Positions 57,542-64,000 of a stretch of DNA of 64,000 nt are shown here, piece by piece. Both the position numbers and the translations under genes were made by a program. Numbering within the stretch: the stretch's first letter is position 1; each line of letters starts with the position of its first letter. The DNA is from Bugula neritina (taxonomy: Eukaryota > Animalia > Bryozoa): contig OZ037766.1 in NCBI GenBank assembly GCA_964035545.1, positions 20,510,767-20,574,766 on the forward strand. Reading direction: 5' to 3'. The notes under the pieces are model-generated. The model had not been told where the DNA came from and did no database searches. It saw only the letters and a program-made list of their open reading frames with translations.

Positions 57542-57642
57542 GGAGCAATTATGACTGAAAAGTCCTTCCTGACATCACTTTTTCTAGGATCCGAATCAAT
57601 GATCTAATGTTTACTCACACAACTTTCTAACCACTAGAGCTA
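57542..57642 (-). mobile_element. tRNA-derived SINE, degenerate (copy in unit 2)
   Basis: Duplicate of 53623-53723. Confidence 0.65.
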
Positions 57643-59393
57643 TAAACTAACTAATAAGTGAACTTTTTAATTCTTTCAGTATGATAGCTAATTTTTTAAG
57701 ATTCAGGTGGCTGAAAACTTGAAAATTGGCAAGGACAATTTTTTTTGCACTAATAGATGAATCCTCAGCACCCCTAGACTAAAATAACTTTGCAAAATTC
57801 ATAGCATTTTAATAGAGTTCAAAAGAAACCGTAGGAGCAAGCTATATATACATATAACAAGTTATTTTTTAATTCAGCTGCTTAGTGAAATGATGATTAA
57901 AATGTATTCTACAATTGCTAAATATAAAATATCAGAAAGTGTGTCAATCAGCAATTGACTGTATAGTTACTGATTTTTTGCTTTATATAATAAACCTATT
58001 CAGGTATACGTTTAAAATATGACAAAATTAAGTATACAAATATAATTTGCTTTTGAACATGCTACAATTATTTTTTATTGCAGGTATTCTTTTTTTGCAA
58101 AAACCTATATTAGCCGTTTTAAATTTGCTGATTTGAATTCTAGAAAAGAAGTAAGCGCTAACATAAGATTCCTTAATGCAATTTAGTTTAAAAGGGGGCA
58201 CAACTTCTTTTTTGTTGCAATTTAATAATTATAATAATATATGAACCAGACCTCCAGTGTTGCTCCAGTATTTTTAAAAGCCACCATTTACATACAAATT
58301 TAAAGATAATTTGACATTTGCATCTTTTAAAAGTCAGTAGCTGTAAATTATCACATCTTGTGGGCAGAAAATAGAGATTTTAGGTCTAATCGGTGTAGAA
58401 ACATAGCCCCAAAGTATATCAAAAACCTTTACCCTAGCAGGGAAAAATAGGCATGTTTAGTACAAATCACGTTGCTGCACCAGGGATTTGCACACAACTC
58501 TGTAAGTTTTAAGTAAGAAGTTTAAACAAAAAGATATGAGTTTGTAGACTTTAGACAGTTAGCTTAAATCCCATTGCAACTTGTCTATAGTTAGCATGTG
58601 AAAGCAACTGTGTACTATTATATTGATACAATAGAAAAAATCTGCTTCAGGTGGGTGAAAAGTTGAATGCACTCTGTCAGTTGGTACTATATTTATTTAT
58701 TTATTAACATATTATTTGAATCCAGCTATACCATTTAGCTTGAAGTCATACAAAATATTATTCATATACATTGATTCATGGTAAAAACCCTAATGGTACA
58801 TAATTATATACTCAACATTGCAGTGCTGGCATGTTCCCCCAAGTCCATTAAGAGACAACTATCAAAATTGGCATTGCATAAAGAAAGAATTAATATTAAT
58901 GATAGTTATTTCATGAACAATAACATTAAATTAGAACCCATTGTAAAGAAGCATAATTAATTACTTTGCTATGGTTTAATCAGTGCAGCTGGTGCCTTGG
59001 TCAAGTGGCTCAATCCCAGAGCACAGTGGAAAGAAGCTAATGTATGCAGTTTCAAAACATAGGCTCTGCGCAACCTTGGCAGATTATATAGCAGGTAAAT
59101 CATTCTCCACTGTCATTAGCGTTTCTGTATGTATTCTGCCATAATAAGTTGGCACTTAGTGCACATATTTATGATAAAGGGGTGTAGAATGTTTAGCTTG
59201 TTCTAATTCATGTTATCAAGATACAACTATAATGTAGTCTCTGCTGACCAATAATGCCACCCTAAGTCTTTATAACAAATACATTCTTCATTTTATGCAA
59301 CTTCTGCAGTTTCAAAAAATGTATTAAAGTACTTTCTTGTTTCCTGTTTTCAAATTTGACATGAGTGCTGCTGAGCCCTACACATGCTAGAAG

Positions 59394-59875
59394 GGTGTCA
59401 ATCTAGATAGACGCCTCGCAGTTAGACGCCATTTATTTATTTTGGTTCAATATGAGTATATGTATTTTATGTGGAATTTATTTTAACTATACTATAAAGA
59501 GATATTTGGATCAATTGTTTGTTCAATATCAGGCAATAAGCTTTAAGATGAAAGAAAGACACAATATACTATATAAGATAAAAACATTAAATATTTTTAT
59601 TAAGGAGTATATTATTTACAATACATACAGTAAATACATTTCCATGATATATCACGTACTGCCATATTACAACTGCAACTTAGAACAAGGGAAACCAGGT
59701 GTTGCACTTAATTCAGATAATTCATATTAATCCTTTTTTCATGTTTAGCAATCAATACAACAGTTATATAGGTATATATAACTAGTATATTACTATAATA
59801 TGTATTATACCAAAATACAAAAAAGCATCTAACTAGGAAGCGTCTAAGTGGGAAGTGTCTATCTGGGATGAAACC
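59394..59875. mobile_element. MITE with imperfect repetitive TIRs and an 8-bp TSD
   Basis: Left GGTGTCAATCTAGATAGACGCCTCGCAGTTAGACGC...TATTTTGG versus right CCAAAATAC...GCATCTAACTAGGAAGCGTCTAAGTGGGAAGTGTCTATCTGGGATGAAACC. Flanks are GCTAGAAG (59386-59393) and GCTAGAGG (59876-59883). Confidence 0.75.
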
Positions 59876-61645
59876 GCTAGAGGCTAAACAGCACTATAAC
59901 CCTTAAGAATTCTATTATGCTAATCTTAAGAAATAAATCTTTTATATATCTTTCACTCAATTATCCCTATTACTATCTGCCTGTGGGATAAAAAACATCT
60001 TTTTCTAAAGAGTCCAACTAAGCAAATTAAACTGAGTGTAGACTTAGTACCATATAAATATAGACCACGGATATTACGGGCAGCCGCTGTCACACACAGT
60101 TAATTGTTTATCTATCATCTAAGAGAAGATTTATAATGTATGAACACTATTGATTCTGCTTAAAGTAGAAAGTGCAAGTTCATAGAAGTATGATAAAGTC
60201 TTTGCATTGCACTCTCATCTCATTCTTCTTCTATATATTTGAACTGCTTATTTAAAAACAGTTGGCTTCTTTAATGCAGCTTTCTCTTTTATTCAGGCAC
60301 TGTTCAGTTTTTCAGTCTGTATTAATTGCAGAGAGCTGTGATGCCAGAGTTGACAAGTTTATTTTGAAGATAAATATTGCAAAGCTATGAGGGAAGAGCC
60401 ATGTAATATTTTTTATCTAAAATCAGGTGAGTTTTTTTAACTTTTTGCATATACTTGTTAAAGTTTTAATGTCAAAGCAAAAATGTTTCTTTTTTTTTTA
60501 AATAAAATAAATAGATACATGGCTTTCTATAAAAGTTACCAAGTTGCACTATAGTGCATGCTGAAAATACGACTAATTTTATAAACAAATTGAGCAAAAA
60601 TTCATTAAGAGATTAACTGTTGAAGCCAGGTGTTGGATTAATACATTATGATATAAGTGAACATTTAGTTCAAAATCAGTATAATATTATATTTTTACTT
60701 TTAACAAGCATTAAATGCTCAATTACCCAAGTGCATCAACTCATAACAACCAAAATAGCCAACCCCGAGACAGCTACTTCTGTCTCACACGATTTCTGCA
60801 TACTGTGGGATCAGATACTTTCTATAAGCTGAACAGATTTCAACCAATGACAAGTCTCTAACAGTTCTAACTTTTACAAAATCTGTAGCTAATCAAATTT
60901 TCTCTTTATTTAAATTTATTTAGCAGCTGGCAAAACTTAAATCTTTCTGTTAAGTTCTATGCTTGTTTAGGTATTGTAAAGGTGCAAAATTGATGTCTTC
61001 AATTTCAAGCCTACAAAAGATACAAACTGATTGGTCTCATGTGTAGCGTGCTGTGCTACACGTGAGCTTCTCATGGGTAGTAAGTAAGAGCTAAACAAAA
61101 GCTCTTTGTGGGTATTACAGAAGCTTCTTTCATTGGTACGAATATTGATTTACAGTAAAATTAGCAGTTTTGAAGTAGCAAAGCCCTTGCATGGAAAGCG
61201 AGAAAATAACTATCTTATACATAAAGTAGGTATTATACACTGTTGCCTTACATAATGGTTGACCAGCTACAGCAAAGAGCTGCACCTCAAACAATTAATG
61301 GTGTTTTACTTATAAATACAGAAGTATAATTAATTGTTGCAACTCTAGCAACTACTGTAATACAATCGATGTGCTGGCATGATAGTGTAAGATTGCTTGT
61401 ACGGGTGAAGAATTATTATAAGCTAATGTTTGTATAATATCAAGATAGAGTTAAAAATTAGATATTTGTTGCTAAAGTTTGAAAGTAACTTAAGTTAGAC
61501 TTGCCGAAACTCTGCCAATGCAATGCAGCTTCAGTTCAAAGAGAAATAATTGCTGCATTTTGGAAAATATGCAACCTGTTTTAGAAAGCAACTTTAGGGA
61601 ATAATTACAGATACATGTTGTGTGCGTGCATGCGTGCGTATGTAC

Positions 61646-61904
<259 letters not shown>

Positions 61905-62904
61905 CGTGTGTCAAAATAGCAAAGTATTTGCAGCTGCCAGCTTGCAAAGTCGCTGACTGAACGAATATGATAGCCATAGAGGCGAATATAAAATGGTAGT
62001 CCTAGCATAATATGCAGCTTATAAGTATCAGCATAATATTATGTATAATATTATAAACACATCAAACATATCAACTAGATGTAAGTAAGATCTACGATGA
62101 AGTAACAGTAGACTATCTTATGCATGGTCATCTCTTTGTTGACCATAGTGTTATAATATATACTCGTCAAAACTCACAAAGCCTTAGTGAGAACTGGTCA
62201 TCAGAAATATATAATATGAATATATTAGTAAAACACAAACTACAATATAATAGCAGTTTTAATATTTGAGTAGTTGCAAGAGATATGTGTAGTTCATTTT
62301 AGTGTAATTCATTGAGAAAATGATACTAACAACTCAGTTTTTATAACATCATCTTTTCTCCAACTATACGCTATAGTCTCATTGTGTGTGACTTGCCTTC
62401 TCTTGTTACACACTTTCTGAGTTGCATGGTAATCAATATATTTATGAGTGTTTTCACATTTAGTGAAAAGTAACACCTGAAGGTTACAAATAGCAATCTA
62501 CTAGTTTTGTGGTAATGCAAATATTTGATACATTCTTCAACACCAACAATCACTCTGATGTAGGGTTGCTTAAGGAGTTGTCTGTCCCAAATATAACGCA
62601 ATTGTACTCTACTTTTCTAACAGAAGTAAACATTGTCAGCATAGCAAGTTTTGGTTTTGGATGCCTAGATGCATGAGTCAAATCATCCATTATACATACA
62701 TCTAGATTATAGCAGATTGTTGAACATTAAAAGTCCCATTTGTTACTAACCTATCGGAATGTTTGTTAAAATGATAATGTGCATTCACGTTATAAATTTT
62801 GACAGTATAAACCAGGTTTGTCTAACTTGATTCTGCCTAAATACCAATTGCAAACATTCAAATGCTTTACTAGAGTAGTTTTCTTGTTTATATATGTGAA
62901 CTTC

Positions 62905-63105
<201 letters not shown>

Positions 63106-63562
63106 AGAATACATACCAAATGTATAGCATAAACAAGCTTTTGAGCTGTGATCACGCTGTATTCTTAAAATTTGTTGTCATAAATGGATATTATTCTCTT
63201 TTAGTGTTAACAATGGAAGGAAAATAAAGTGTAAAATAAAAATTGATTATTTCCATATAAGCTGAACACATGTGTGTATCTACTCTGTTGACCATTCACC
63301 TTTTCTGATCAATTGCAAAAATAGGTTCAACCATCTATATTATGTTTACTAGGCTATGAAAGCAGCTGCAATATGCATACGTTGCACATAAGTGATAGAT
63401 ATTGCATTATATAAATTTTATTTTATATAAATACCTCTTACTGTGTAAGACATGTTAGCAGTAAATAACTTTTAAAACCTTGTACGAATTCAAACTGTGG
63501 TAACTTTAATTAGCTACTATATCAGATAGTTGCCAGTTGATAGGTACATAAATATTAAACTA

Positions 63563-63871
63563 ACCCTCTAGACACACTTTGCCATAACGTAGGCCGTAAT
63601 AGCAAATGCCAGCCATCTTTAAAAATGCCTGAGCTTCCCGTACGACACGACGTTATGGTGCATCAGGATCAAGCACTGATTGATTCAAAAAAGTTCCGCC
63701 TGGCTCCTATTGGACAGTGAGACGTTTGCGTCAACTCATTAGATATAAATGTTTAATGAGCTGCCATAGATTGTGCCCAATAGTGGACTTTGAGAACTTC
63801 AACCAGGACACATTAAAAATGGCCGACATTTTACATTACAGCCTACGTTACGGCAAAGTGTATCTAGGGGT
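63563..63871. mobile_element. MITE with imperfect TIRs of about 60 bp
   Basis: ACCCTCTAGACACACTTTGCCATAACGTAGGCCGTAAT versus ATTACAGCCTACGTTACGGCAAAGTGTATCTAGGGGT (reverse complements with a few mismatches). TSD unclear. Confidence 0.8.
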
Positions 63872-64000
63872 ACAGCTGACAGCATCCTACGCTGACTTGT
63901 TAATTTAATATTTCACAACAACTTTTCCAAGCTGTGAAAGTTAAACCAACTCTCTTGCTTATTTGCCTATTCAGTATGAGCTTGCTAAAGATGCTCTCAC

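Larger units (their letters stand above)
50611..58467 (+). repeat. Head-to-tail tandem duplication, two units of about 3.9 kb (50611-54519 and 54520-58467)
   Basis: The units align end to end with scattered substitutions and small indels; AAAT is shared at 50611, 54520 and 58464. Confidence 0.97.

Noticed and set aside
61036-61066. 12-bp stem hairpin, possible Helitron end
   Set aside because: No CTRR terminus at the expected distance and no matching 5' end found.

Overview
AT-rich, intron-containing animal DNA, probably a marine invertebrate (inferred from gene content and repeat types). All gene models were spliced by hand from GT-AG signals and exon phase. In order: an intronless PI-PLC X-domain (PLCXD-type) gene (+, 3206-4273); a multi-exon adhesion GPCR (-, about 6022-15950) with a lectin/WSC/TSP1 ectodomain, GAIN/GPS and 7TM; a decayed RTE-clade LINE; CEP83 (+, about 24462-35022); a candidate small secreted protein antisense to the CEP83 3' region; an orphan proline-rich gene (+, 38279-43818); a secreted ENDOD1-like DNA/RNA non-specific endonuclease with a GC-AG intron (-, 45998-48889); and a 3.9-kb head-to-tail duplication (50611-58467). 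Each duplicate carries an 87-aa PNRC-family decapping/nuclear-receptor coactivator ORF followed by a degenerate hammerhead-ribozyme core, and copy 2 has a substitution in the conserved FAG motif. MITEs, tRNA-derived SINEs and microsatellites are interspersed. I saw no prokaryotic systems, CRISPR arrays, rRNA or intact tRNA genes.
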